A stretch of 64,000 nt of DNA, from the IMG/VR virus record IMGVR_UViG_3300041411_000178, positions 1-64,000 of that record; one strand, written 5' to 3'. A program made the translations under genes and the position numbers. A model generated the notes under the pieces. It was not told where the DNA came from. It saw nothing but the letters and a program-made list of their open reading frames with translations, and did no database searches. Below, in pieces: positions 9,757 through 19,635 of this stretch. Positions within the stretch are counted from its first letter, which is position 1. Each line of letters opens with the position of its first letter.

Positions 9757-12700
9757 ATGAATATCCCATCGGCGAACACGCTGAGTCCCCTAGACGCAGT
9801 AACGGGGGATGAAGCACTCTACCCCCAGTTCTACCGCGCCTTTGTACAGCGTAAGCGTCAAGAGTTGATCGCCCCTGTGTTCATCGGGATTGGCGAGATT
9901 ATCTTGCCACGTGGGTCGCTGGTTCACTTCTTCCCAAACAACCCACAAGAGATCGGTCCTTCGATTTCTGAAGCCTTTATCAGCAACTACCCGGATGAGG
10001 TGTTTGTTGAGTTCCCGGCGAAGTACACCCCGGTGATTGGCAACGGTCGCGCAGTACAGATCGAACCCCGCAAGATCATCACGGGTTATCGTGGGTCGCA
10101 CTACAAGTACAACTGGACCAAGGACATCAACACGGTCTACAACAAGGACAAGGTACTGGTTGTTAAGAGCTACGGCCTCGCCGACATGCTCTGGCATCCA
10201 CGTGCTTCGCTGTTTATCAATTTCGAGAAGTATTACAACCACTTCAACCTGTTGATGGATGGCGTTAACGAAGAAGCTGAGCGCAGCAAACGCCGTAAGC
10301 AGTTCTACCGTATTGACCTGCCGCTGCACATGCCGTCGTTTACTGACCTGATGATCGACTACGACCATTACGTCGAAAGCTTCCGTGACGGTAAGCCGTT
10401 GCCGAGCAACAAGACCGTTCGGACTACCAAGCAGGAGAACTCCTACTGGTTGATGGACTGGATGGCGTTCCTGTTTGGTGACAACGAATTCAGTCTGCTG
10501 AATAAGCTGTCTGATAAAGCGATCGAAGATTTCCACCTGATCTTTGTTTTCAACAGTCGTGCACTGGTGATTCACCTGGGTACGCTGAAAGGGTGGTTGG
10601 ATGCAGAGATGGATCCTAAAGCAAAAGCCAAGGAAGGCAGCGCGCCAAAGAGCAACCGTGATAAACACGGAAAGCGTTTGAACGCATCCAAGCGTGTTTA
10701 CCTGGCCTTGCTGAACCTTACCCGAGGTGGTGTCTCGGAAGAGGAAGTAGTAAAAGAGGAAAAATCCGATGGAAGAGGAGAAGAAACAGCGTCGGCTGGG
10801 GGCGTGGTTGCAGAAGCGCCGGGAGCTGAGAAAGGGAAAGGCAAAGTATCCGGTGGATCCGGAGAAGGAACGCTTCCTCGCAAAAATGACAGTAAGCGAA
10901 CTGTTGATCATCCTGATCCTCTCCGTGATGCTTTCGGTGGCGGTCAAAAAGCTGACGACGGAGTTCATGAAGGGGCCGGACAAGAGGGAGACGGAACAAA
11001 TTCTGAAAGCCTTGAAGAGTGGACATCACACGTAGACGACCGTCTGCTGGAACAAGACAAGGTGGTTGCAGATACTTCGATCAAGAAGGATCCGTTTCCC
11101 AAGTTTGAAAGTGGCGTAGGGGCTGCTCTGGAAGAAGTAGCGCGTGAGGGTAAGCTGTCTGTTTCCACTCAGCAGTTCTTCATGCGTAAAGCGACTCAGG
11201 TGTATCACATCGAAATGGAAAACGGCCAGAGTCTGGCTGAATACATGGAGATCAAACCAGAGGAGCTGAAGACGCTTACCAGCGACGCAAAGATCGAGGG
11301 TAACTTCCCCACGATTCTCGACCAATCGATGCTCCAGAGCCGTGCCAAGGTCTTGAAGCAGGGTTATGTGGACAAGTTCCTGCATAAGGACATTGCCCGC
11401 ATGGCAGTCGGTATTCAAAACGCCGGCTTTGCGTTGAACGACTACAAGCATGAGCAGATCCACGGTGTAGAAGGTTCCTACGACGTTGTGACGATGCAAG
11501 TCCACCACGTCGATGGCGAACAGTCGACTCACCAGGTTCGCTTCCCTATGGTGAACAAGGACAGTTCCTTCACTGTTGACGGGGTTAAGTCCCACCTGCA
11601 ACTGCAACGCATGGAACTGCCGATCCGCAAGATCGACGCCAGTACTGTGTTGTTGACCAGTCACTACGACCGCCAGCTCATGGTGACCCGTAGCAAGAAG
11701 GTTGTGGACGATCTGGGTGTGTGGCTGAAGAAACAGATCCTGCTGCGTGCTATGGCTGACAAGGACATCACGCTCAGTCGTGGTAATGGTCGTAACCGTG
11801 ACTATACTGGTCCGCGGATCTACACCATCTTGGCCAGTCGTTTCCAGTGGATCAATGTCGGCGGCTACATGCTGGACTTCCGCATCGAGAAGCTGCTGGA
11901 AGAGTATCCAGAGTTCAAGAAGTTCACCAAGCCGGACATGTTCCTGGTGGGCGTCAAGGACAAGAAGCCGATCACGATCGACAGCTACGGCAACCTCTAC
12001 CTGGACGGTGTTGAGTTTAACACCTTTGAAGGGTTGATGGGGATCAACTTCAGCAAAGCACCTAACGAACATGCCGTGATCAACATCAGCGGCTTTCAGT
12101 TTCCTCTGGGTGTTGTGCTGTGTTACTACTTCGGGATTGACGAACTGCTGAAGATCGTTAAGGCTACCACTCGAAGTGTCCCTATGGGTACCCGGCCTAA
12201 GTTGGCGGATGATGAATACGCCATTCAGTTCAACGACGAGTATTTGATCTTTAACCGTCGTGAGAAACTGTCCACCTTGATCTTCGGTGGGATGCCTAAG
12301 TTGAACAACATCAGTAACTTCAGCCGAAGTGACCTGAACAACAAAGGTATCTGGGGTCCGCTGATGGGAGACCCTAAGGTTCGTCCTTCTCAGTTCCTGG
12401 AGATGAACCTGCTGTACAAAATGTTTATCGACCCGGTCACTAAAGACCAGTTGAAACGCATGGGTTACAGCGAGTCCTTCCATTACCTGCTGATCGATGC
12501 TGCGAAGCTGCTGGAAACCGACTACACCCCTCACGAGGTGGAATTGGAAGAACAGCGGATCGTTGGCTATGAGCGTTTCGCAGGGCACTTCTACAAGGTC
12601 ATGGTAGGGGCATCGCGTCAGTTCTTCAACAAAGGTAAGGGTCGTAAGCAGAAGCTGGAGATCAACCCTGAAGCTGTGATCATGAACATCCTCAAGGACA

Positions 12701-14127
12701 CCTCGGTTAACCGGGTAGAGGAAGTGGGCCCAATTCACCAGTGTAAGGATCAGGAGGAACTGACCTTTGGTGGCACGGGTGGTCGCAGTGAGATCACGGT
12801 AGTTAAGCGCGCACGTGTGCAGCTGAAAAGCTATCGTGGCAAGATCTCTGAGGCGAACAAGGATAGCGGCAAGGTAGGTTTCGTAACTTACTTGACGTCT
12901 GATCCTTTGATCCTCGACTACCGCGGCAACATCGACACCAAGAGTAAACCATCTGCTACCTCGCTGTATTCGGTAACAGGTAACCTCGCATTCGGTATGA
13001 ACAAGGACGATACCAAGCGTGGCATGTTTACCTCGACTCAGGCGTCTCAAGCGGTCAGTGCTGAAAACTACACCATGCCAATCACCCGCACAGGCTATGA
13101 CAACATCATTGCTCAGCGGACCTCTGAACTCTACAGCAAGGTTGCTAAAGAGGCCGGTAAGGTAACGGCTGTTGAAGACGACCATATGGAAATCACCTAT
13201 AACGACGGCAACACTGAAAAGTATCCGTTGGGTTTGGTTATTGGTGAAGCCAGTGGTGAGTACCATCGTCACACCCGCGTTACCGATATGAAAGTCGGCG
13301 ACAAGTTTACGAAGGGTGAGATCCTGGGTTGGGACAAGCAGTGGTTTGCGCGTGACCCATTCTGCCCAGGACAAGTGGTTTGGAAAAACGGTCGTCAAGT
13401 TCGTATTGCGCTGGTAGAAGACCAAGACACCTACGAAGACTCCATCGCGGTTTCGAAAGAGATCATGGAGGAATCGATTACCCCGTTCCTGACGAAGAAC
13501 ACCTTCGCCGTGGATGTGGATAAAGTTGTGACCTTCCGGGTTAAACTAGGTGACCAAATCGACTACGACGCGATTTTATGCGAAATTGAAGAGAGCCACC
13601 TGGCGGGGGCTGGAGAGGCGAATAGCCAAGTCGGGGATATCAACCGTCTGGGGATCAAGCAGATCCGCTCCAAGTACCACGGCCAGGTCGTGAAGATCGA
13701 GGTGATGTACAACTCACCCGCGGAAAAGATGTCGGACAGTGTGCGTAAACTGGTTGCTGCTTCGGACAAAGAACGCAAGCGCATGTCTTCGATTGATGGC
13801 AGTGTTCCAACAGGTAGCGTGAGTAACAACCTCAACGTGAGTAAGCCTGTATTGTCACCAGGAAAAGTATTGTTTACTGTCTACGTCGAATCCATGGATG
13901 GTTCTACCACCTCGGACAAATACGTAATTGCCAACCAGATGAAAGGTACTGTCAACGGTGTAATGAAGAAGCCGTTGATGACTCAAGACGGTCGTGTGGT
14001 AGACGTCAAGTGTAGCTTTAAAGGCGGCTTTAACCGCATGGTACTGAGCTTACGGGATCGACTGGGTACAAGTGAACTGTCGGTTGGGGTTACCAAACAG
14101 GCTATTGCCATTTACAGAGGTAAGTAA
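9757..14127 (+). CDS. Virion RNA polymerase beta subunit (phiKZ gp178-like)
   Basis: 1456 aa; TFGGTGGRS, SGKVG, DDTKRGMF, TYEDSI, DKYVIANQMKG beta-like motifs; adjacent to beta'. Confidence 0.9.
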   Translation: MNIPSANTLSPLDAVTGDEALYPQFYRAFVQRKRQELIAPVFIGIGEIILPRGSLVHFFPNNPQEIGPSISEAFISNYPDEVFVEFPAKYTPVIGNGRAVQIEPRKIITGYRGSHYKYNWTKDINTVYNKDKVLVVKSYGLADMLWHPRASLFINFEKYYNHFNLLMDGVNEEAERSKRRKQFYRIDLPLHMPSFTDLMIDYDHYVESFRDGKPLPSNKTVRTTKQENSYWLMDWMAFLFGDNEFSLLNKLSDKAIEDFHLIFVFNSRALVIHLGTLKGWLDAEMDPKAKAKEGSAPKSNRDKHGKRLNASKRVYLALLNLTRGGVSEEEVVKEEKSDGRGEETASAGGVVAEAPGAEKGKGKVSGGSGEGTLPRKNDSKRTVDHPDPLRDAFGGGQKADDGVHEGAGQEGDGTNSESLEEWTSHVDDRLLEQDKVVADTSIKKDPFPKFESGVGAALEEVAREGKLSVSTQQFFMRKATQVYHIEMENGQSLAEYMEIKPEELKTLTSDAKIEGNFPTILDQSMLQSRAKVLKQGYVDKFLHKDIARMAVGIQNAGFALNDYKHEQIHGVEGSYDVVTMQVHHVDGEQSTHQVRFPMVNKDSSFTVDGVKSHLQLQRMELPIRKIDASTVLLTSHYDRQLMVTRSKKVVDDLGVWLKKQILLRAMADKDITLSRGNGRNRDYTGPRIYTILASRFQWINVGGYMLDFRIEKLLEEYPEFKKFTKPDMFLVGVKDKKPITIDSYGNLYLDGVEFNTFEGLMGINFSKAPNEHAVINISGFQFPLGVVLCYYFGIDELLKIVKATTRSVPMGTRPKLADDEYAIQFNDEYLIFNRREKLSTLIFGGMPKLNNISNFSRSDLNNKGIWGPLMGDPKVRPSQFLEMNLLYKMFIDPVTKDQLKRMGYSESFHYLLIDAAKLLETDYTPHEVELEEQRIVGYERFAGHFYKVMVGASRQFFNKGKGRKQKLEINPEAVIMNILKDTSVNRVEEVGPIHQCKDQEELTFGGTGGRSEITVVKRARVQLKSYRGKISEANKDSGKVGFVTYLTSDPLILDYRGNIDTKSKPSATSLYSVTGNLAFGMNKDDTKRGMFTSTQASQAVSAENYTMPITRTGYDNIIAQRTSELYSKVAKEAGKVTAVEDDHMEITYNDGNTEKYPLGLVIGEASGEYHRHTRVTDMKVGDKFTKGEILGWDKQWFARDPFCPGQVVWKNGRQVRIALVEDQDTYEDSIAVSKEIMEESITPFLTKNTFAVDVDKVVTFRVKLGDQIDYDAILCEIEESHLAGAGEANSQVGDINRLGIKQIRSKYHGQVVKIEVMYNSPAEKMSDSVRKLVAASDKERKRMSSIDGSVPTGSVSNNLNVSKPVLSPGKVLFTVYVESMDGSTTSDKYVIANQMKGTVNGVMKKPLMTQDGRVVDVKCSFKGGFNRMVLSLRDRLGTSELSVGVTKQAIAIYRGK
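10769..11035 (+). CDS. Putative overprinted small membrane protein in the +1 frame inside vRNAP beta (holin/antiholin candidate)
   Basis: 88 aa; GAGGA SD 8 nt before ATG; basic N-terminus, one hydrophobic helix LLIILILSVMLSVAV, charged C-terminus; coincides with a low-complexity linker of the host gene. Confidence 0.5.
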   Translation: MEEEKKQRRLGAWLQKRRELRKGKAKYPVDPEKERFLAKMTVSELLIILILSVMLSVAVKKLTTEFMKGPDKRETEQILKALKSGHHT

Positions 14128-14129
14128 AG

Positions 14130-15050
14130 ATGAGCTTCCGGACAGTCAACGGGGTTAAGGACGTACAAGTGGTTCTCGAAGAGAGCCATGTCTACTCTGG
14201 CGGTATTGACGGCGTCTGGGGTGCTGGGTCGGCGAATGGGGTTCTGAAGCTTCTTCAGGACTACCATTTGTTCCTGAACGGGGGGCGCTCTGTGCCCCTC
14301 CCAGTTACCGCAGGCAAGGGTCTTGAAATACAAGGCATCAAGGACATCCAGAGCAACCTTAAGCTGGTGGGTCTGTACACCGGTGAAGTTGACGGTATTC
14401 CGGGTAACGGCAGCCTGGGTGGTTTGCGTCAAGCAGCCTTCAGCTATGCCAAGCGCAACAAGGTTCCGTTCTACGACCTCGGTTGGAGTGCACGGGTTCC
14501 TGCGGCCTTCACCAAGAAGGTACGTGACTGGGCTACACAGCGCAGCATGTTCCCCGGTGCGGCTTCTGCACTGATGGCGTGCATGTGCTTTGAATCAGGC
14601 GGCACCTTCCGTCCTGATAAACAGAACAACGGCGGTAGCAACTACTGGGGTCTGATCCAATTCGGTAAGGACGCGGTAGAAGACTTGGCTAAAACGTTTG
14701 GGTTGAAGATCACCCTGGATGACGTCAAGGCCATGAGTCAACTGGATCAACTCGATCTGGTGTTCAAGTATTTCGAAATGTGGCAGAAGCGCGGCAAGGT
14801 TTACAAGCGCCTCGAAGACTTCTATCTGACGATCTTCTATCCCGCTGCTGTGGGTAAGGGTCCAGACGAAGTTCTGTTCACCAAAGGTTCTGAGGTTCCT
14901 ATCATTGCCAAGTCGTATGTCCAGAACAACGGATTCGACATCAACAAGGATGGGGCCATCACCGTGGGCGAGATCTGTACTCGTCTCTACGATTTCTATT
15001 ACCAAGGGATGTCGGTCAAAAACCGTGTCTCCAGCCCTTCACCACTCTAA
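14130..15050 (+). CDS. Modular endolysin: N-terminal peptidoglycan-binding repeats plus lysozyme/transglycosylase-like catalytic domain (EL188-like)
   Basis: DGVWGAGS and DGIPGNGS PG-binding motifs; FESGGTF...GLIQFG catalytic motif; follows vRNAP beta as in EL/OBP. Confidence 0.85.
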   Translation: MSFRTVNGVKDVQVVLEESHVYSGGIDGVWGAGSANGVLKLLQDYHLFLNGGRSVPLPVTAGKGLEIQGIKDIQSNLKLVGLYTGEVDGIPGNGSLGGLRQAAFSYAKRNKVPFYDLGWSARVPAAFTKKVRDWATQRSMFPGAASALMACMCFESGGTFRPDKQNNGGSNYWGLIQFGKDAVEDLAKTFGLKITLDDVKAMSQLDQLDLVFKYFEMWQKRGKVYKRLEDFYLTIFYPAAVGKGPDEVLFTKGSEVPIIAKSYVQNNGFDINKDGAITVGEICTRLYDFYYQGMSVKNRVSSPSPL

Positions 15051-15071
15051 CCCTACCAGGAGATCGGTCCG

Positions 15072-15248
15072 ATGACTGATAAAGAGCAACTCATCACCAA
15101 CATCGTCACGGTAGCCAATACCGTGGAGGTGGTCAAAAAGACCCTCGCCAAAGTAGGGTTGCAGTTCCTTGCCCCTTTGGGTGAATCCATGCTGGATGAG
15201 AAAATCAGCAAGGCTATCGTGGGCTGCGTTCAAGGAGCGTCGAAATGA
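15072..15248 (+). CDS. Small hypothetical protein (58 aa, MTDKEQLITNIV...), missing from the ORF track
   Basis: AGGAGA SD; stop overlaps the next start (ATGA). Confidence 0.7.
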   Translation: MTDKEQLITNIVTVANTVEVVKKTLAKVGLQFLAPLGESMLDEKISKAIVGCVQGASK

Positions 15249-16774
15249 TTCGTGAATCCAGCATTGCACTGGGCGAACTGATCGCCGTTGGCGGGGGTAC
15301 CTTCCGCCCGAGTCAAGTGATCGCCGGCCTGAACGGTGAGTCCTCTGGCGCCCTGGCCTTTACTGACAACTTCCGTCAGGAGATCATGGATGCCAGCCAA
15401 GGCAACATGCACACCGAAACCGTTGAAGGCGCTTCTGATCGTCTGGCTGAGATGATCCGTGAGTCGTTGGGCAACATCCGCACTTACGGCGTGCCAATGG
15501 CGCGTCGTGTGTTGAAGGACACCCAGCTGCTGTATTCGCGTAAACAACTGCAAAGCCTGACCGAGCAGTTGGTCGAAGTCCAGTACATCAACGTGGACAA
15601 CGGCTTCTTCGAATCGGCGCTGTATCCAACTGAAGTCCGTGACAAGTCGCTCACCTACACCGGTGTTGACCTGAAGTTGGCCAACCAACTGAAATGGCGC
15701 TGGCCTGATCAGAAAGAGATCATCGACTTCATCGGTGCTTCTCACGGTGACCTCATCGCCATCCTCGAAGATGACGACGAAAGTCTGACCGACGCGGCCA
15801 GCCGTATCTCCGATTTCGGCGAACTGCAACAACTGTTCACGAACAACGACGGTATCTTCGATTTCTCGCAAATCAAGTCTGTTCGTTTCGTGCTGCTGCT
15901 GAAGATGTACGTCCTGCTGACCAAGATGTACTTCAGCGAAGATCCTGCGCCGTGGCTGGAAACGGGTGAACTGTCGACCTACCGCAGCTTCGTGAGCCTG
16001 CTGTGGAACGGCATGACTCTGTACCTCATCAAGCTGAAGCAGGTGGTGCAAGTGTACCGTCAGCGTCAACTGGTAATCGTGCCGGAGAAGCAGCCTTCGC
16101 TGACGCCTCACAGTCAGTCGCAATACGGTGACACTCGTTTCATGCAAGCCAAGCTGAAGGTGTTCTACACCAACGGTATCCTGGACAAGATCCAGTCGGC
16201 AGGCGTGGGTTTCACTGAATCGCTGATGGGTTACTACTGGGCATCGCTCACCGGTACCCCGATGACCATGACCGACTTCATCGCTGATGTGGGTAAAGGC
16301 GGTGTTCACGCCAAGGCTTACTACGGCCACATCCACGAGAAGCTCTCGACTCAGTCGCGTGACCTGTTCATCAAGGGTGGCGTTAAAGCGATCTTCGACT
16401 TCATCAGCGAGAACCCTGCGCTGCTGGAACGTGCGAATGCCAGTCGTGGCGAAAACCAGATGCTGATGAGCTGGGTAGCGGGTACCTTCTCCGGTCAACT
16501 GGAAAAGGCTCACTACATTCTGGCTGAGCGTTTCAGCGGTGATGCTGTGCTCGACGTTGCCGGTGGCGATGACGGTGCTGATCCTCGTCTGGACGCACTG
16601 CTGGAAACCACGCTGATCCCTGCGTTCCTGCGTGCCTGTGGTGCCACCCTGACGGCGGACATCATCGAAGCCACCTTCGTGGACACGAGCAAAGAAGACA
16701 ACGTCATGGACAAGCGTGAGCGCCTGACCGTTGCGGTGGTTAACGAACTCGTGAAACGCCTGCTCGGAGCTTAA
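15245..16774 (+). CDS. Conserved jumbo-phage protein, probably virion/head associated
   Basis: 509 aa, strong codon bias, operon with the head protease. Confidence 0.6.
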   Translation: MIRESSIALGELIAVGGGTFRPSQVIAGLNGESSGALAFTDNFRQEIMDASQGNMHTETVEGASDRLAEMIRESLGNIRTYGVPMARRVLKDTQLLYSRKQLQSLTEQLVEVQYINVDNGFFESALYPTEVRDKSLTYTGVDLKLANQLKWRWPDQKEIIDFIGASHGDLIAILEDDDESLTDAASRISDFGELQQLFTNNDGIFDFSQIKSVRFVLLLKMYVLLTKMYFSEDPAPWLETGELSTYRSFVSLLWNGMTLYLIKLKQVVQVYRQRQLVIVPEKQPSLTPHSQSQYGDTRFMQAKLKVFYTNGILDKIQSAGVGFTESLMGYYWASLTGTPMTMTDFIADVGKGGVHAKAYYGHIHEKLSTQSRDLFIKGGVKAIFDFISENPALLERANASRGENQMLMSWVAGTFSGQLEKAHYILAERFSGDAVLDVAGGDDGADPRLDALLETTLIPAFLRACGATLTADIIEATFVDTSKEDNVMDKRERLTVAVVNELVKRLLGA

Positions 16775-16777
16775 CCG

Positions 16778-17503
16778 ATGGACGTCGGCAATCTCAAGCA
16801 CGACCCCAAGATTGCAGACCGCCTGTTGATTGAAATGGAAGATGGGTCCGTTATTGCTAAACGCGATTTCGAGATTCATCTTCCTAAGCGTTTCGTTGAC
16901 AGCGGCATGGCAGAGGTTGGGGAAACAGTCACAACGCCAGTGGTGCTTGGGTTGGTGATCCCAGGGGATAGTTACGCTCCCCTGATGTCATTGATGGACA
17001 TTACCCTCGTTCCGTTGAGCATTCGTGAAGTTGCAATCAAGGGCACCCAGTACCTGGTGTTGGAGTTTACCAAAGGTGACACGGTAATCGACAACATCAA
17101 CGTGCTGCAAGAGCCCAATCACCCGTACGCGTATTACATGGAGTTCCTCTACTACGCCAAGCGTCCTTGGTATGTCACTGAAAACGCCTTGTCGTCGATG
17201 TTTGACTTGGCAGCTTCGCAGAGTGGCGACCCGGTAGGTAGCAGTCCTCAGGTGATGCGCGTCTACATGTCATTAATGTTCCGTGATCCAGACAACCTGG
17301 AGAAGCCGTACCGGTACAGTAAGGCGATGTTGGAAGGACGACCTCCAGTCATTGTAGGTCTTAATAACAGTGGGCTCCTGATCGACGGTACGTTCCCGAA
17401 AATCATGGGCGGTTACCAACGTGACAACACGGTAGCGGCTATTGTGAACCCTGATGACCGTGTTACTGACCTGGAGAAGATTATTAAAGGGGTCCCAGTA
17501 TGA
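16778..17503 (+). CDS. Conserved jumbo-phage protein (phiKZ gp176-like by position)
   Basis: 241 aa, directly upstream of the protease with ATGA overlap. Confidence 0.6.
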   Translation: MDVGNLKHDPKIADRLLIEMEDGSVIAKRDFEIHLPKRFVDSGMAEVGETVTTPVVLGLVIPGDSYAPLMSLMDITLVPLSIREVAIKGTQYLVLEFTKGDTVIDNINVLQEPNHPYAYYMEFLYYAKRPWYVTENALSSMFDLAASQSGDPVGSSPQVMRVYMSLMFRDPDNLEKPYRYSKAMLEGRPPVIVGLNNSGLLIDGTFPKIMGGYQRDNTVAAIVNPDDRVTDLEKIIKGVPV

Positions 17504-18360
17504 GCCAGATACTTACATTTGGTAGCACGGTGTTGGAAGGTAGTGGTAAGCGCGGGATCCTCAAACCGATGGAGCCCGGCGGTCATTACTACCTGATGAA
17601 CGCGGGTGGTTTCAACATCAAAAACCGCGGTGGCGTGGGTTATCGTTTCAATGACTACGTCAAAGAGTGCATGAACCCAGACAGCGACCTGAACCGTCGT
17701 GCAGCGGAAAACCAGCTCTGGTGTGAGTTGGGGCACCCTCCGCAGTACTTCTGGACCCGTGAAGGCGGGCGCATCATTCAAACGCCTATCACGGATCTGT
17801 ATCAGTGGATCCATCGTCTGCGTACAGTGTTGGAACCCAACGTCTGCGCGTCGATCCGGAAGATCCACTTCCTCTTGACCGGTGGCGACAAAGACCCGGT
17901 GCACAACAAAGTAGAGATCCGTTCATTCGGTCCTCTCAAAGAAGTGTTCCAGGACAGCATCGAAGATCCGGACATGAACACCGCAATCTCCATCCGTACG
18001 GTTACCAAGCCGCAGCAGATGGGTGATCGTAACCGTGAAGTTGAATACTGGACGGGCTACGACGTGGTGATGGAGCAGGGCATGTTGAACGCCTGCAAAC
18101 ACCGTACCGCAGGTCTGGAGGACTTCCTGTCTTCGGCCCTGTACAACCCAGAGCCTGCGGAAGTTATGGCAACGGTTGACGAGTTCCTGTTCATGTGCAA
18201 GCAAACGGTGCACGGTGAGGCAGCGAAAGCTCGCTTTGCAGGTACTGAGAGCTACGAGCGGGTTACTTCGATGATTCGTGAAGTAGAACAACGTCTTCGT
18301 GGTCAACACGACAAGAAGATTCAGGTTGTGCGTTCCAGTGCTCTGTCGATCTTCAAGTAA
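17500..18360 (+). CDS. Prohead (head maturation) serine protease (phiKZ gp175-like)
   Basis: ELGHP catalytic His motif, AISIRT catalytic Ser motif, C-terminal AGLE/AGTE candidate autocleavage sites. Confidence 0.85.
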   Translation: MSQILTFGSTVLEGSGKRGILKPMEPGGHYYLMNAGGFNIKNRGGVGYRFNDYVKECMNPDSDLNRRAAENQLWCELGHPPQYFWTREGGRIIQTPITDLYQWIHRLRTVLEPNVCASIRKIHFLLTGGDKDPVHNKVEIRSFGPLKEVFQDSIEDPDMNTAISIRTVTKPQQMGDRNREVEYWTGYDVVMEQGMLNACKHRTAGLEDFLSSALYNPEPAEVMATVDEFLFMCKQTVHGEAAKARFAGTESYERVTSMIREVEQRLRGQHDKKIQVVRSSALSIFK

Positions 18361-18367
18361 TACCCCT

Positions 18368-18410
18368 TATAACTGCTACCGGGGGCGACCCCGGTAGCAG
18401 TTATATTTAT
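18368..18410 (+). terminator. Intrinsic terminator, 17-bp perfect stem with GCGA loop
   Basis: TATAACTGCTACCGGGG-GCGA-CCCCGGTAGCAGTTATA. Confidence 0.85.
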
Positions 18411-18473
18411 TCACGGCACCACGATACATATAGCAATTAGTGCATTTTGTTAAAAACCATGAGGATGAAGTTA

Positions 18474-19586
18474 ATGGATATTGAATCGCGTGCGGCTACG
18501 CAGCTGTTGGAAACACTGTCTTTCGTAAACACACTGCGCGAAGTCACCGGCGGGGTTAAAATCATTCAGGCACTTCTGGAGACTTCCTCGAAAGAGTGGG
18601 ACAACTCCAAAGATGCCAACGACGACACTCACCTGATCCAGGGTGTAGCAGTCAGCACCAAGAAGTCCGATGCTGTTCACGTTTATATCGCCAAGATCGT
18701 GGCACAGCACATGCGTTCGGTGGGCAATCGTCAAACGGCGTGGACCAAAGGCACCATCGCTTCCGAGCACCACACCAACGTGGCCATCACCAACCGTATC
18801 GCCGCCGGCGACTTCCAGACTCACGTCGATCTGTTCAAGATTGTTGCTGGTCGTCTGCTGGGTTACGACGATGGTCTGTTCGACTTCGCTCTGGCTGAAA
18901 CACCGCGTGACAAAGCAGAAGCGCTGGTTGCCTACATGGCCACTCGCTTCGACCTGTCGGATGACCGCAATTGCGCACTGTCCGATTACCCGAATGCGAC
19001 CGACTTCGTTGAAATGATGTTCGAGAAGGAAGGTTTCACCAACGAATACTTCCTCAAGACCATCGGGCAGGTTATCTCGTACTTCGCGAATCCTACCAAC
19101 GACGCCGGTAGCCATCTGACCGATCCGTTCGACGTAATCGACATGCTGGCCACTGAGTCGGACTTCGACTCCCTGACGTCGGCTACAACGCTCCTGGGCG
19201 TTACTGTACACACCATCATCCTGGACAAGCATGACCTGGATCCAGAAGCCACTGTCGCAGAACTCCGTAAGGTGTATGGTGATGTGAAGTTCATCGCACC
19301 CAACGGTGTACTGGACCTGAACAGCGACGAAGCCCCAGTTGTTCAAGTGGGCGTTGTCGATGCTCATCGCGAAGCCAGTCTGACCGTGAAACGTATCGAT
19401 GAAATCGTTCCGGCATCCACCGTCAAGATCGATGCAGCATTGAAAGGTGAAGAGACTGTTCTCGGTTTCGATCATCGCAACGGTGACTACAAGCTTGCCG
19501 GTGATGGCAAATCGGTTTCCGGTGAAGCCCCTTTCCGTACGGTCACTGCTGACTATCCGGAAGAAGCAGAGAAGCCAGTTGAGTAA
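18474..19586 (+). CDS. Hypothetical protein (phiKZ gp174-like by position)
   Basis: About 370 aa; GAGGA SD before ATG 18474; good codon bias. Confidence 0.65.
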   Translation: MDIESRAATQLLETLSFVNTLREVTGGVKIIQALLETSSKEWDNSKDANDDTHLIQGVAVSTKKSDAVHVYIAKIVAQHMRSVGNRQTAWTKGTIASEHHTNVAITNRIAAGDFQTHVDLFKIVAGRLLGYDDGLFDFALAETPRDKAEALVAYMATRFDLSDDRNCALSDYPNATDFVEMMFEKEGFTNEYFLKTIGQVISYFANPTNDAGSHLTDPFDVIDMLATESDFDSLTSATTLLGVTVHTIILDKHDLDPEATVAELRKVYGDVKFIAPNGVLDLNSDEAPVVQVGVVDAHREASLTVKRIDEIVPASTVKIDAALKGEETVLGFDHRNGDYKLAGDGKSVSGEAPFRTVTADYPEEAEKPVE

Positions 19587-19618
19587 GTGATGTCCGGTCT
19601 GTTGTTTGGGTTAGAATA

Positions 19619-19635
19619 TTTCAAGCCTATATTAC
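19619..19635 (+). promoter_or_regulatory. Early (vRNAP) promoter
   Basis: TTTCAAGCCTATATTAC; contains the phiKZ early core TATATTAC; motif recurs five times in intergenic DNA. Confidence 0.8.

Noticed and set aside
11026-13425. 799-aa antisense ORF, and similar ones at 15230-16879, 29646-31754, 55473-57722 and 46960-47967
   Set aside because: Mirror frames of strongly codon-biased genes; no SD, no motifs, V/H/Q/D-skewed composition
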